A stretch of 64,000 bases of DNA from Candidatus Bathyarchaeota archaeon (GTDB lineage: Archaea; Thermoproteota; Bathyarchaeia; Bathyarchaeales; Bathycorpusculaceae). The position numbers and the translations under genes are program-made. Under the pieces are notes generated by a model. The model ran no database searches. It saw only the letters and a program-made list of their open reading frames with translations, and had not been told where the DNA came from. Within the stretch, counting starts at the first letter, position 1; each line of letters starts with the position of its first letter. Positions 35,273 to 46,189 of this stretch are shown here, one piece after another. Location: assembly GCA_963772455.1 (NCBI GenBank), contig CAVYXJ010000007.1, positions 288,001-352,000 of the forward strand, written 5' to 3'.

Positions 35273-37033
35273 ATGGCGAAATATAGGTGTACGGTTTGCA
35301 ATTGGGTTTATGATGATGCTAAAGAAAAAGTAAAGTTTACTGATTTGCCCAAAGAATGGGTTTGCCCAGTTTGTGGAGCACCCAAATCCGCATTTGTGCT
35401 ATTAGCTGAGGGGCATGAAGAAGAGAAAAAAGCTGATCACACAGTTTCCGACGTGTTGATTAACCAGATTGCTGAGTGGGGGGTACAATACGTTTTCGGC
35501 ATTCCTGGAACCTCTACACTGGGTATTGTAGATGCAATTCGCAAAAGTAATGGCAAAATAAAGTATGTGCAGGTTCGCCATGAAGAAACAGCGGCTTTTA
35601 TGGCGTCAGCTTACGGCAAATTAACTGGGCATGTAGCAGCTTGCCTTGGCATTTCTGGTCCAGGCGCAACTAACCTAGTAACTGGCTTGTATGATGCACA
35701 ACTGGATCATTCACCTGTTTTAGCGTTGACAGGCATGGTTCCCCGCAAACTCATGGGTCAAGGTGCAATACAGGAGATTGACCAACAGGCATTCTTTGAA
35801 CCCTTGACCGTTTATAACAAGACCTTGATGACCGAAGACCAAACCACCTCCTTGGCTACGTTGGCGATTAAGCATGCTCTACTGAATCAGGGTGTAGCGC
35901 ACATTGGAATTCCCAACGACGTACAAAAACTGCCATACGAAACGGAGATTTTACCTTTTGAAGGCAGGATGCCCAACATGGCCTATGGACAAGAAGACGG
36001 AATAATTGAGAAAGCAGCAAAAGTTGTTGATTCCGCCAGCAGACCCGTGATTCTAGCTGGTTTTGGAGCAAGAGGACAAGGCACTAAACTTTTGAAATTG
36101 GCATCGAAGATTGGTGCACCAATTATAGCGACTTTCCGAGCAAAAGGAGTCGTGGACGAAAATGAACCACTTTATGTTGGATGCCACGGTGGAGTTGGTT
36201 CAACGTCTGCAGGAGCCCTTATGGAGGAAGCAGATTTGCTAATAGCAATTGGTTCTTCATTTGCAGATTTATCGCAGATTCCCAAGAAACGCACCGTACA
36301 GATTGACATTAACCCACTTATGATTGCACGTCGGTACCCAGTTGAAGTGAGTTTACTTGGCAACAGCGCCGTGTTGATTCCTAAGTTGACAGAGAAAGTT
36401 CAACAGAAAACAAACGAGAAATATTTGGCTGAAGTTACTCGATTAAAGCAGGAGTGGCAAATTCAACTTGAAAAAGAAGCCGACGCAACAATGAAACCAA
36501 TCAGACCCCAGTACATCATCAAAGTACTTAACGAAAAAATTGCGGATAACGCTGTGATTTCATTGGACGTTGGTGAGAACTGCTGGTGGTTTGGCAGAAA
36601 CTTTAGAATGAAGAAGTCTCAGAAGATGGTTATGAGCGGTACTTTGGCAACTATGGGTTTTGGTTTACCTGGAGCTTTAGCAGCGGCGCTAGCTTATCCT
36701 GAGAGACAGATAGTCTGTTTAACTGGCGACGGCGGCTTAACGATGGTTCTGGGCGATTTCTTAACAGCACTCAAGTACAATTTGCCCGTAAAAGTGTTCG
36801 TCATAAACAACAAGCGACTGGGCATGATCATGCAAGAGCAAAAAGTTGAGGGATACGAGAGCTCACAAACTGATCTCTTCGATTACAGTTTCGCCGACTT
36901 CGCCGAACATGCAGGTGGCGTGGGCATCAAAGTTACTGATCCAAGCCAGCTTGAAGCAGCAGTTGACAAAGCACTCAAAGCCACCAAACCTACAATAGTA
37001 GACATAGACACTGACCCAAGAAGATTCTTCTAA
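35273..37033 (+). CDS. Rubredoxin fused to a TPP-dependent pyruvate oxidase-like enzyme
   Basis: CTVCNWVYD...[10 protein letters not shown] rubredoxin; FGIPG, VRHEE, GPGATN and GDGG...NN TPP motifs; start moved to the ATG at 35273. Confidence 0.88.
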   Translation: MAKYRCTVCNWVYDDAKEKVKFTDLPKEWVCPVCGAPKSAFVLLAEGHEEEKKADHTVSDVLINQIAEWGVQYVFGIPGTSTLGIVDAIRKSNGKIKYVQVRHEETAAFMASAYGKLTGHVAACLGISGPGATNLVTGLYDAQLDHSPVLALTGMVPRKLMGQGAIQEIDQQAFFEPLTVYNKTLMTEDQTTSLATLAIKHALLNQGVAHIGIPNDVQKLPYETEILPFEGRMPNMAYGQEDGIIEKAAKVVDSASRPVILAGFGARGQGTKLLKLASKIGAPIIATFRAKGVVDENEPLYVGCHGGVGSTSAGALMEEADLLIAIGSSFADLSQIPKKRTVQIDINPLMIARRYPVEVSLLGNSAVLIPKLTEKVQQKTNEKYLAEVTRLKQEWQIQLEKEADATMKPIRPQYIIKVLNEKIADNAVISLDVGENCWWFGRNFRMKKSQKMVMSGTLATMGFGLPGALAAALAYPERQIVCLTGDGGLTMVLGDFLTALKYNLPVKVFVINNKRLGMIMQEQKVEGYESSQTDLFDYSFADFAEHAGGVGIKVTDPSQLEAAVDKALKATKPTIVDIDTDPRRFF

Positions 37034-37084
37034 ACATGTTACTCTCTTAGGGACATACCCGCACTATTGGAACCTCAAAGAAAG

Positions 37085-37333
37085 TTACTTTATAGTTTTT
37101 AGTGCTTTTTCAGCTGTGGATACGCTAAAGAGTAAATCATCAATGGTTGCGGTGAAGGTAGCAAGTTTACCATCACATTCAATTTGTGTGATTACTCTGT
37201 TGGAAGCCCTTTCTGTTTTAACCTGCAACCCAATCGGGGTTTTGAAGTTGTCAGGTGAAACCGCTTGTGCAATAGCTTTTGCAGTTTTTTCGTCTTTGTA
37301 CTCAAGCGTTATTGTGGCTTGCAAGCTTCTCAC
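37085..37333 (-). CDS. pcc1: KEOPS subunit Pcc1
   Basis: A..I..AVSPDN...P and ATIDDLL motifs; follows rps15-recJ. Confidence 0.85.
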   Translation of the reverse strand: MRSLQATITLEYKDEKTAKAIAQAVSPDNFKTPIGLQVKTERASNRVITQIECDGKLATFTATIDDLLFSVSTAEKALKTIK

Positions 37334-38765
37334 CTTTAAGTTGCCGACCGACTAATTCATCCGCGGTCTTAATGAACGACTCAAGTTTATCTAAAGGCAC
37401 TTGAGCCCCTGCAGCGATGTTGTGTCCTCCGCCCTTACCGCCGTGCTCTTCTGAAGCCAAACGCATAACATCACCAAGGTTGACTCCTTTGCGAAGTGCT
37501 GCTTCAGTGGTTCTTCCAGAAAACTTTGCTGCCTTTTCAGCCTCAATGTTAGCGAATGCTAAAAGCGGTTTTTCGTTATTAACAAGACTCGAAACTACTA
37601 TTGAAGAGACTGTGCCAATGATTTTTTCGTTGATAAAGTCCTCACCATAGATAACATAAATGTTTTTGAATTCTCGCATTCGTTCGGGTTTTTCATTCAC
37701 CCAACTGAGATATTTATTGATACTTTTGCGGTAATCTTCCAAGATTTTGTTGGATTCTTCAAGAGCAGCTTTACGATCGCCCATGCAGATGGCTATTCCC
37801 AAGCTTGGTCTATCCATTCGACCAGCCGAATTCAAAACCACAGCGAATTCGCGTGCATCCCTAAGTGCTGTGTTAGGCTCTTCTTTGGTTAAAATGTAAA
37901 CGTAACCGATAAGGTTCTCAACTTCCAAATGCAACCCCTTCGACAACAAGTAATCAGCTAAAGCAGAGCACAATTTCTTCCGCTCATTGTCATCTAAATC
38001 GCATAAAGCACGTAATCTATCGCCCTGTTTTAGTGGAAAACCCAAATTTGCTACAAAATTCAAAGCATCGGTTTCTTGACCACTTAACCCGGGAATGAAC
38101 GGATTGGTAGTGTTTGCCAACATCTTGTAGATCGGTCGAGTTTCACGACCAAAGAAAGTCAAGTCTTTCTCAACTTTCAACAAACCAGAAGAGACACCAT
38201 CGTTAACTATTATTTCGTTCAAGCTTCGCAGACTTCGCTGTTCATATTTGTCCTGCATGTCACCTAATGCACCAACTAATGCTATAGACGCCAAATCTAT
38301 GTTCGCAGCGTTCACTGCTTTAGCTGCAAAATACGCCACTCCTGAACCACTAACATCGGTTGCTCCATCAATACCAAAAAGGTGAGGGTTAACCTGCACG
38401 AAATTTGGGTTAACTACCTTAGATGTTGTTTGGTGATGGTCGAGAATTACTACTTTTACGTTGGGGATTTTCTCGTTTAACAAGTCAAGATAGCCGCTTC
38501 CAAAATCAGTTAAAATCACTAGTTGAGGTTTATCAGATATAACTTCCCCGATGATTTTGTCATCTACCCACTGCATCACCCGAATACGAAAACGAGCATC
38601 GAGCCGAGTGAGCATCTTACCCATAATGCCTGCGGCTGCAACCCCATCGGCATCTAAATGTGAAAAAACCAAAATAAAACCATCTTTCTTGACAGTTTCT
38701 AGAATTACTTTTGCAGCTTCGTTTTCTGAAGCCAAGAAACCTTCGATGTTTTGGTCTGCAGCCAT
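37302..38765 (-). CDS. recJ: RecJ/Cdc45-like DHH phosphoesterase
   Basis: HLDADG, TDFGSG, LDHH, GALGDMQ and GGGHNIAAGA motifs. Confidence 0.9.
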   Translation of the reverse strand: MAADQNIEGFLASENEAAKVILETVKKDGFILVFSHLDADGVAAAGIMGKMLTRLDARFRIRVMQWVDDKIIGEVISDKPQLVILTDFGSGYLDLLNEKIPNVKVVILDHHQTTSKVVNPNFVQVNPHLFGIDGATDVSGSGVAYFAAKAVNAANIDLASIALVGALGDMQDKYEQRSLRSLNEIIVNDGVSSGLLKVEKDLTFFGRETRPIYKMLANTTNPFIPGLSGQETDALNFVANLGFPLKQGDRLRALCDLDDNERKKLCSALADYLLSKGLHLEVENLIGYVYILTKEEPNTALRDAREFAVVLNSAGRMDRPSLGIAICMGDRKAALEESNKILEDYRKSINKYLSWVNEKPERMREFKNIYVIYGEDFINEKIIGTVSSIVVSSLVNNEKPLLAFANIEAEKAAKFSGRTTEAALRKGVNLGDVMRLASEEHGGKGGGHNIAAGAQVPLDKLESFIKTADELVGRQLKGEKLASHNNA

Positions 38766-38859
38766 ACCCAATCACTTGTTCGGGCTAAAAGGCGCTGATT
38801 AGATTTAAAGCTGGCGCATTAAGAAACAATAAAACTAAAAATTAAAGAAAGAAAAGTAT

Positions 38860-39300
38860 TTAGGTTACTGAAGCGATTTTTGGAACGTACTTCCATTTCT
38901 TGTCCAATACGCCTTCGCGTTTGTAATAGCGGCTGAGCTTGTGGATTTGGGCTTCGATGATTTGCATGTTTCGTTTGTTATGGAGGTCTTTCTTGTTTTT
39001 GTCCATGTGAACGGCTAGGCTTTGAGCTTTTTTCATCAGGTTTCCAAGGTCTTCAGGCAGTGTTGGAGCTAAGTTCGCGGCTTTAAGTGTGTCGCTTATG
39101 CTCTTGCCCGTGATTGGCTTTACTAATGGAATGGCATATTGATCTCTTAGGATAGTGCCTATGGCACTCATTGAATGGCCTTCTTTAGCCAATTTAATTA
39201 TGAATGAATCAACTTCTTCAGGTTGATATTTGCACCAGCTTGGAGGACGCCTGCTAACTGGGCGCATCGAATGTGATTTACCTTTTTCTTGCTTTGGCAT
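38860..39300 (-). CDS. rps15: 30S ribosomal protein S15 (uS15/S13e)
   Basis: GKSHSMRP, IGTILRDQY, PEDL, KDLH and LSRYYK motifs. Confidence 0.97.
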   Translation of the reverse strand: MPKQEKGKSHSMRPVSRRPPSWCKYQPEEVDSFIIKLAKEGHSMSAIGTILRDQYAIPLVKPITGKSISDTLKAANLAPTLPEDLGNLMKKAQSLAVHMDKNKKDLHNKRNMQIIEAQIHKLSRYYKREGVLDKKWKYVPKIASVT

Positions 39301-39421
39301 TGTTACACCTTAAACTGCACCCATAACCACACCCCACGAATATTTAAAAGTAGCTCCAACCGCAGGCAGAACATCTAAGTACAATAAGACCTACCAAGAA
39401 GAAACACAGAGAAGAAAAGGC

Positions 39422-39883
39422 ATGAAAAGAAATAGATCAGAAGCGGACTCTAACAGCGACATTGACGAATTTATTCGTCTTGCTCAAAGATGGAGCAACC
39501 TTCACCAAAGATTACTAAATACACTGATTAGATTACCCGAAGAAGTTTATCAATTTACGTTACAGAAAATTTCTTTCCATGCTGGTCAAAGTCAAACAAT
39601 TCAGATTAAAAAAATGACGAAACCCTTCATGATTATTTTAAAGCGAACAGATTCAGAATCGTTAATTGCTCATGAAATAGCTCACGCCTATCTTAGCTAT
39701 ACACAAAACAGATGGGAAGAACAAGAGGAACAAGCAGATGAGCTACGAAAGAAATGGGGGTTTAAAAAGAAACAACTATGCTCAACTTACCCAAAAGGAT
39801 GCAACAACTGCTATAATCCTCATTGCCCTGAAAGCAAAGCAAGGAAAAACTCAAGTTTTGATTTTCATCTGCAGAAGAAATAA
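39422..39883 (+). CDS. Hypothetical HExxH metallopeptidase-like protein with a Cys-rich tail
   Basis: IAHEIAHAYL...EEQAD...WGF; C..YP.GC..C....C. Confidence 0.65.
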   Translation: MKRNRSEADSNSDIDEFIRLAQRWSNLHQRLLNTLIRLPEEVYQFTLQKISFHAGQSQTIQIKKMTKPFMIILKRTDSESLIAHEIAHAYLSYTQNRWEEQEEQADELRKKWGFKKKQLCSTYPKGCNNCYNPHCPESKARKNSSFDFHLQKK

Positions 39884-39893
39884 TCGTCTTCGT

Positions 39894-40401
39894 TTATCTC
39901 ATTAATGCCTTTTTCAAAAAATAAACGAAGAACCTTGCAACCAGGGATATACCGATAATTATTATTAACGCTGACCAGAACTGGAACCAACCGCTTTGCG
40001 TTCCAGCGTAACAGGAAAATGTTTGCTATAACTGCGGCGCCCAGCCAGAATATCGAGTCGCCAACACTTTGAGCTATCCGATTAATCCTCGAATGCACCG
40101 CCAATCTGAGGACTAAGATTAAGATCTGCAGAACACCAACACCTATTAGAAAATTCATCACAGCTGTATAGAATCCTTGATGGTCGGCTGGATGTGAAGG
40201 AGCAAGAAAACTCACAGTTGAACCTGGATTGCCAAACGGAAACGCTACGGTTGTTAGGTCTGAGAAGAAATTGTTTGTCTGCTGGGATATACCAGGTGTA
40301 ATAGCAAAAACTAAGCCTAATATTATGAAGAATCCACCAATGGATAATGCAGTGATTAAACCCTCATGAAGAGACTTTTCATAAACGGCATTTCTCGTCA
40401 T
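39894..40401 (-). CDS. 4-TM membrane protein (+1 frameshift near 40010), paralog of 21691-22206
   Basis: Shifted frame gives GWFQFWSALIIIIGISLVAR, matching the paralog's EWFVFWAGMILIFGIALIAR. Confidence 0.7.
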
Positions 40402-40473
40402 TTGTTCACTCTTCTCAACAATTCCCCTATAATGGAGATAGCAATATAACATTTTGTTTTAACTCAATTTAAT

Positions 40474-41088
40474 TTAGGTCGGCTTATTCATGTACCATTC
40501 CGCAAATTTCCGAATCGCCATAGCTCTATGCGAATAAAGATTTTTTTCACCGATCGCCATTTCTGCAAATGTTTTTTTGTTTCCATTTGGTTGGAAGATA
40601 GGATCAAACCCGAACCCCGATTTGCCTTGTTCTTTTCGTTCAGCCAATGTTATTTCACCATTTACTACGCCTTCAAAGAATATTGGTTCGCAGATAGTTT
40701 CTTGGTCGCAATAAGCAATGACTGACAGAAACTTTGCATCACGTTCTTTTGAACCATTCATCAATTTCAAGATACCACTATTATGGATTGTTTTGTAAAC
40801 ATACGCTGCGTACGGACCAGGAAAACCACTCAACCCATCAATAAATAAGCCTGCATCCTCAACAAAAATAGGCAACTCACACCGCTTGAACGCGTTGATG
40901 ACACTCTTTTGGGCAATCTCTCTCAGACTATCGCTCTGTATTTCGTCACCTTTTAATTTCAACATACCAACTGAGATGCCGTATTGACGAAGGATGCTGC
41001 GAACCTCGTTGAACTTATTGATGTTGCCAGTTGCAAAAAAGACAACTCTTCCTTTAAATGGAAAGTTATTGTTTTCGTTCCTCGACAT
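40474..41088 (-). CDS. rdgB: XTP/dITP diphosphatase (Ham1/RdgB)
   Basis: ATGNINK, EDAGL, FPGPY, GFGFDPIF and SHR motifs. Confidence 0.95.
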   Translation of the reverse strand: MSRNENNNFPFKGRVVFFATGNINKFNEVRSILRQYGISVGMLKLKGDEIQSDSLREIAQKSVINAFKRCELPIFVEDAGLFIDGLSGFPGPYAAYVYKTIHNSGILKLMNGSKERDAKFLSVIAYCDQETICEPIFFEGVVNGEITLAERKEQGKSGFGFDPIFQPNGNKKTFAEMAIGEKNLYSHRAMAIRKFAEWYMNKPT

Positions 41089-41734
41089 AGCGCCCACGCC
41101 TCTCTATTTCCCTGATTTTCTCATAAACCTTTTCCGCCGCCTCAACACCTAAAACTGAGGTGTAGCCGCATAGAACACTTTGAAAACATTCTTCCCAGAA
41201 CTTGAAGTGTGTGCTCTGGAGAGCACGTTTGAGTAAATGCAAATCCACTCCCTGAGCTTCTATCTCATCATTCTTTTCGCCTAAGCCAAAGTCAATAAAA
41301 ACTACTTTTCCGTCAAGGTTCAAAATCATATTAGATGTTGTTAAGTCGCCATGGACTAAACCATACCTATGCAGCTTCGCCGTGGATTCTCCAATTTGAA
41401 CACAAAGCTCATGACGTTTAGGTTTGCTAGAGATGTTAAGCAACTTCTTGATTTGTTGTCCCTCCACATACTCCATAATAATGGTAGCTTGCGGAACGTT
41501 AACCATGAAAATCAACGGGGTCAACACTCCAGCGACTTTAGCTTCATGTATTAATTGCGGTTCGTGTACAGTGCGATAACTTCTTATTTGCTCATCTAAC
41601 GCTTGAGGACGGTATTTTTTGGGCACACGCACTTTGATTATAACTTTACGGCCTTGCCAATTGGTTAGAAAAAGACTGGCTTCAGCACCCTTCTTGAGAA
41701 GCTTTGTTTCATCAATCTTATCTATTGTATCCAT
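41066..41734 (-). CDS. bud32: KEOPS kinase Bud32
   Basis: GAEA, K.R.PKKYR, HGDLTTSN and IDFGL motifs. Confidence 0.95.
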   Translation of the reverse strand: MDTIDKIDETKLLKKGAEASLFLTNWQGRKVIIKVRVPKKYRPQALDEQIRSYRTVHEPQLIHEAKVAGVLTPLIFMVNVPQATIIMEYVEGQQIKKLLNISSKPKRHELCVQIGESTAKLHRYGLVHGDLTTSNMILNLDGKVVFIDFGLGEKNDEIEAQGVDLHLLKRALQSTHFKFWEECFQSVLCGYTSVLGVEAAEKVYEKIREIERRGRYVEERKQ

Positions 41735-42751
41735 GGTACATCCACCTTGTCTACACGCCATCGCAACTTCACAAAGCTCTCATCTACAGGAGTAACTAAA
41801 CCATGTTTAAAGGCTAAAACACCTGTCCAAGCAATCATAGCACCATTATCAGTTGCAAACTCCAGAGGAACCACATTGAATTTCGCATCATGCTCTTCTG
41901 CGATTATTGAAAGCATGGATTGCAACCTCTTATTCGCAGCAACTCCACCAGTTAAAAGAACCTCTTTTTTCTCGGTATGTGCTAATGCCCTCTCAGTTAC
42001 CTCGGTAACCATAGAAAACGCATGTTCTTGGAGACTATAACAAATATCTTCCAATCGGTGATTACCTTTCTGCAATTCAGTCGTTGCTGCAGTTAACAAA
42101 CCACTAAGTGACAAATCCATCCCTTTCACCACATAAGGCAAACTCACAAACTTTGTGCTTTTAGCTGCCAAATGCTCTATTGCAGCTCCAATTGGCAACC
42201 CCTTTTTACCCTTAAGTCCAGCTTCCCTACCGAAAACATCCAAGCAGTTACCAAGTGCAATATCGAGGGTTTCCCCAAAAACCCTGTATCGTCCTGACTC
42301 AAATGCAGTAACCATGGTGTTCCCTCCTGAAACGTAAAGTGTCACCGGATCTTGGGCACCTGTTTTGAGTTTGCCGATTTCAATGTGAGCGACGGAATGA
42401 TTAATGCCAATAAGAGGAACCTGAAGATATGAGGCTAAAGCTCGAGCAACAGTAGCTCCTGTACGCAAAGACGGTCCTAATCCTGGACCTTGAGAGAAAG
42501 CAATTACTGATAATTCACGCGGTTTCACACCAGCTGCTAAAAGTGCCCCGCTCAATACTTTGTCTGCAACTTCCGCATGATGTCTAGCGGCTTCTCGAGG
42601 ATGAATTCCGCCCTCTAAGGGAATGTAACTGTCTGATTTGTTAGCTAAGATTTCTCCATTAAACGTTGCAATTCCAACGCCGAAAGTCGTCAGCTGAAGA
42701 TTCAATTCCCAAGCAGAAACTGCCCAGATCACCTTTCTTTACCTTTTTCAT
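41722..42751 (-). CDS. kae1: KEOPS t6A synthase Kae1 (+1 frameshift near 42685, probably an artefact)
   Basis: Upstream frame MKKVKKGDLGSFCLGIESSADDF; GGIHPREAA, GPG, NHSVAHIE, VSGGNT and DNGAMIA motifs. Confidence 0.93.
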
Positions 42752-42833
42752 ACCATTCCACATTTAATCAGGGATACATATTTTTATGTGAATCCAACGC
42801 ATATATTACTGTATTATCTTGGAATTGATTTAG

Positions 42834-43280
42834 ATGCCAAAGCGTAATGACCTTGAACAGAAAGCACTCCACTATGTCGTCGGTACAGGCTATCAGGGAG
42901 TTCTTCAATCAGATTTATGGCGTGAACTTGGCGCAAGCAGCCGCGAAGGCTCACGCGTCTCAATAAAACTAGAAGAGAAGGGACTTATCCGTAGAGAAAA
43001 AGAACTTCAAGAAGGCAGATGGACCTACAGACTATACCCAAAAAGGCTACCTGCATCCATTGAAACTATAGTAGATTGCCCATGTCTGCTGTGCCCAGAT
43101 AACTCAAGATGCGACCCTACAACTGCCCTTTCTCCAAAAAGTTGCCCAAAACTAACCGAATGGATTCTTAATTTAGGAAAACCACCAGCACAAACCACCG
43201 CTGTTTCTGAAGATCCAAGCGCACCAGCCGAGCCGAATATGCCAGAGGATGATTCCGTTGCCGAAAGCTTGGTTAAATGA
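42834..43280 (+). CDS. tfeB: TFE-beta (archaeal RPC34/C39 homologue): winged helix plus Fe-S domain
   Basis: GVLQSDLW wHTH; PCLLCP...C...SP..C..L.EW four-Cys motif. Confidence 0.8.
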   Translation: MPKRNDLEQKALHYVVGTGYQGVLQSDLWRELGASSREGSRVSIKLEEKGLIRREKELQEGRWTYRLYPKRLPASIETIVDCPCLLCPDNSRCDPTTALSPKSCPKLTEWILNLGKPPAQTTAVSEDPSAPAEPNMPEDDSVAESLVK

Positions 43281-43890
43281 AAGAAAAAACGAATATTACT
43301 TCAAAAAAGCTAAAGAAGAAAACTACCGCAGTCGATCCACATACAAGTTAGTTCAATCTAACGAAAAATACGGATTTATTCGAAGAAACAACATTGTTGT
43401 TGATCTTGGCGCTGCCCCAGGCGGCTGGATCCAAGCGGCCAGAAAAATGACTGGCAAAAACGGTTTTGTCTTAGGCATTGATTTAAAGCCAATTGAACCT
43501 TTCACACAAGAATACATACGCACAATCATAGCTGATTTTACAGAACCTGGAACAATTGATGTAATCATGTCTTTTTTACCTCGTAAGGCTGATGTAGTTC
43601 TATGTGACGCTGCACCAAACATAACTGGCGTTTGGGAAGTTGATCACGCGAGACAAATTGACTTAGCTGAAAAAGCCTTGGAAATTGCTCAATGTGTGCT
43701 AAGACCATCTGGGAACTTCTTTGTTAAAGTGTTTGAAGGCGAGTTGCTAAATGATTTTATGCAAACGATAAAAATCCTTTTTGATGAAGTTAAGCTAGTG
43801 AAACCTCAGGCTAGCCGACAACAAAGTTCAGAAATGTACCTTTTAGCTTTAGGTTTAAAAGTCGCCCGGGAATTAGAAGAAGAAAGCTAA
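43258..43890 (+). CDS. rlmE: 23S rRNA Um2552 methyltransferase RlmE/FtsJ
   Basis: YRSR..YKL, DLGAAPGGW, DAAP, VKVF and KP.ASR..SSE.Y motifs. Confidence 0.95.
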   Translation: MPKAWLNERKNEYYFKKAKEENYRSRSTYKLVQSNEKYGFIRRNNIVVDLGAAPGGWIQAARKMTGKNGFVLGIDLKPIEPFTQEYIRTIIADFTEPGTIDVIMSFLPRKADVVLCDAAPNITGVWEVDHARQIDLAEKALEIAQCVLRPSGNFFVKVFEGELLNDFMQTIKILFDEVKLVKPQASRQQSSEMYLLALGLKVARELEEES

Positions 43891-43918
43891 TTTTTCAACT
43901 TTAACATAATCATAACAG

Positions 43919-44620
43919 GTGCAAAATAACTTGAAAATTATTTCAGCGGATTCTGCAGCAGCAATACTAGATGAGCAATTTAAACCAATCTTGCATGTAG
44001 CATCTGTTGCGGTTCTAGTTGAACCTCCTTACAGGGAACCGTCTTTTCGGTTATCCGAACCGATTTTCAAAGAAGTTGAAACAGGTTTTGATGTGATTGT
44101 TCATGAGGCTGAACTCTGCCGAAGTTTGCTCGATAAGATTAAGGCTGATGTTGTTCATTTGGACATGTCTTTGGGAGGAGTTACGGTCGAAGACCTATCG
44201 CCAGTTGAACTGGTAAATATGCGCGCATCAAGAACTGGACGACAACAAATTCTAAAGATTCTGCCAAAACTCAGGAAAATTGCTTGTGAAATTAAACGTG
44301 TACATGGAATAGATATGTTGGCTATCGGAAAAGAGAGCATCCCTGTGCGAATTGCTGAGTTGACGGCTGGTGCAGAAGCGATTTTGTTTGCTGCCAAAAA
44401 AGCAATAGACGAAAAAGAGAGTGTTTTATTGGGGTTGCCGTTGATGTGTCAACCAAGATTCTTAGGAAACCGAGTTTACCTTCACTCGCTCATAGCCAAC
44501 GAACATGAAATACGGAGTTTTAGCGTTGATACTTTGGGTGTTTTAACAAAGGTTAAATTGTTAGAAACCTTAAACCCTGTTGCAAGAGGGTTCCGAGCCC
44601 TAACTATTAAACCAAAATAG
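43919..44620 (+). CDS. DUF4152 family protein
   Basis: IISADS..A.LDE.F.P, AVLVEPPY, VHLD and GKES.PVRIAE motifs. Confidence 0.8.
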   Translation: MQNNLKIISADSAAAILDEQFKPILHVASVAVLVEPPYREPSFRLSEPIFKEVETGFDVIVHEAELCRSLLDKIKADVVHLDMSLGGVTVEDLSPVELVNMRASRTGRQQILKILPKLRKIACEIKRVHGIDMLAIGKESIPVRIAELTAGAEAILFAAKKAIDEKESVLLGLPLMCQPRFLGNRVYLHSLIANEHEIRSFSVDTLGVLTKVKLLETLNPVARGFRALTIKPK

Positions 44621-44631
44621 AGAGAAAATAG

Positions 44632-45228
44632 ATGAATATTCCCTTACCATTTTGGAATAACGCTTCTCCTAAACGCAAAAGAATCTACTCAATAATGTTC
44701 ATGTTCATACTAGCTGTTAGCGCAACACTTGTCGGGACGCTAGTTCAACTTAGTCCAACGGACGCTAAAGCAATAAACGACCAAGTAAACAAAATTACCG
44801 CAGACAACCCAACCTATGCGTCACGAGTCGAAGCTATTTTCATAAACAACTTCTTTCTTTGTCTTTTGATGTTTATTCCATTTGTTGGATCATTTATAGG
44901 CTTGTTTGTATTGTTCAGCACAGGCGTTGGAATAAGGGCAATTCTTGACACACAAGCCGCAAGTGGCACGGTTTCAGCGGTTCCCACCTTAACACCAACT
45001 CTTGCAATAATTGGATTAATCGGTGTTGGACTAACATTCTTGCTTGAATATGTTTCGTACTCAATTGGAATCGCTGAGAGTGTATGGCTGTTTCGTAGGA
45101 TAACCCAGTGGAGATCACTACCGTTGAAGTTGGAGTTGAAAAACGTTGGAATCTTAATTGGTATTGTCGCTGCGCTGCTCATTACTGGCGCTTTGGTTGA
45201 AACCTGGGTTATAGGTACAATCGGCTAA
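44632..45228 (+). CDS. SpoIIM-like membrane protein
   Basis: IFINN...FIPFVG, LE..SY and ALVE motifs; multi-TM. Confidence 0.8.
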   Translation: MNIPLPFWNNASPKRKRIYSIMFMFILAVSATLVGTLVQLSPTDAKAINDQVNKITADNPTYASRVEAIFINNFFLCLLMFIPFVGSFIGLFVLFSTGVGIRAILDTQAASGTVSAVPTLTPTLAIIGLIGVGLTFLLEYVSYSIGIAESVWLFRRITQWRSLPLKLELKNVGILIGIVAALLITGALVETWVIGTIG

Positions 45229-45239
45229 AAAACCACTTT

Positions 45240-46095
45240 TTATTTTTTCATTATTTCTAAGCTTATGTCCAATGCTTTGACGCTATGAGTCAATTCGCCC
45301 AAACTTACTATGTCCATTTGGGCACTCGCAAACTCCAATAGATTATCACTTGTAATTCCACCACTCACCTCAAGCAATATGCTGCCAAACCCAGCCTTCC
45401 TAAGCGCTTCTCCTGCATTTTTGGCTTGTTTGGGAGAAAAATTGTCCAGCATAATGATGTCTGCGCCTGCTTTTGCTGCTTTCAAGGCATCTTCAAAACT
45501 GGTTACTTCGATCTCAATTTTCTTGGTAAAAGAAGCATTACTTTTTGCCCTCTTGAGAGCTTCCTCAACGCTTCCGATAATCGCGAGGTGATTGTCTTTA
45601 ATTAGAATCATATCGTCCAAATGTGACCTGTGTGGATCACCACCCCCAATGACGATCGCTTTTTTATCAAAATAGAGTAGCCCCGGTGCAGATTTGCGTG
45701 TTGCCGCAATTTTCGTTTTAGCGTTCGCTTTTTCAAGCTTCTCAATTAGCATTCGTGTTTTGGTTGCGATACCGCTCATTCGTGACAGAAGATTAAGCAT
45801 GGTTCGCTCACCTGAAAGGATAGTTTGGGCGTCGCCTGAAATCTGCATGAGGATTTGTTTGTTTTTTATTGTTTCCCCATCAGCAACTATAGCTCTAACT
45901 TTGAGTCCTAAGTACTCCATAAGAAATGTGGCTTCTTCGATTCCAGCAACTACGCCTTCTTCCTTGGCAATAACTTCTGCCGTTACGATTAAATTCTGTA
46001 GGAATAACTGCTGCCGCCGTTACATCTCCCTGACCGATGTCTTCAGCAAGTATTTGCTTGAGTTTTTCCTCCACGATTCTTCTTGGCACGAACAT
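45240..46095 (-). CDS. nadC: Nicotinate-nucleotide pyrophosphorylase (+1 frameshift near 45992)
   Basis: LAEDIGQGDVT in the first frame; ER..LN, ATRK, GG..HR, IKDNH, EIEV, MLDN and SGGI in the second. Confidence 0.93.
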
Positions 46096-46189
46096 ACTTG
46101 GTAGTGTTAGTGATCTGAGCTTAAATTGCTTGCTTTTTTCTTAAGTTTAGGGATAGTTCAAATATAATCTTGCACTAATCGTAGCTTGT

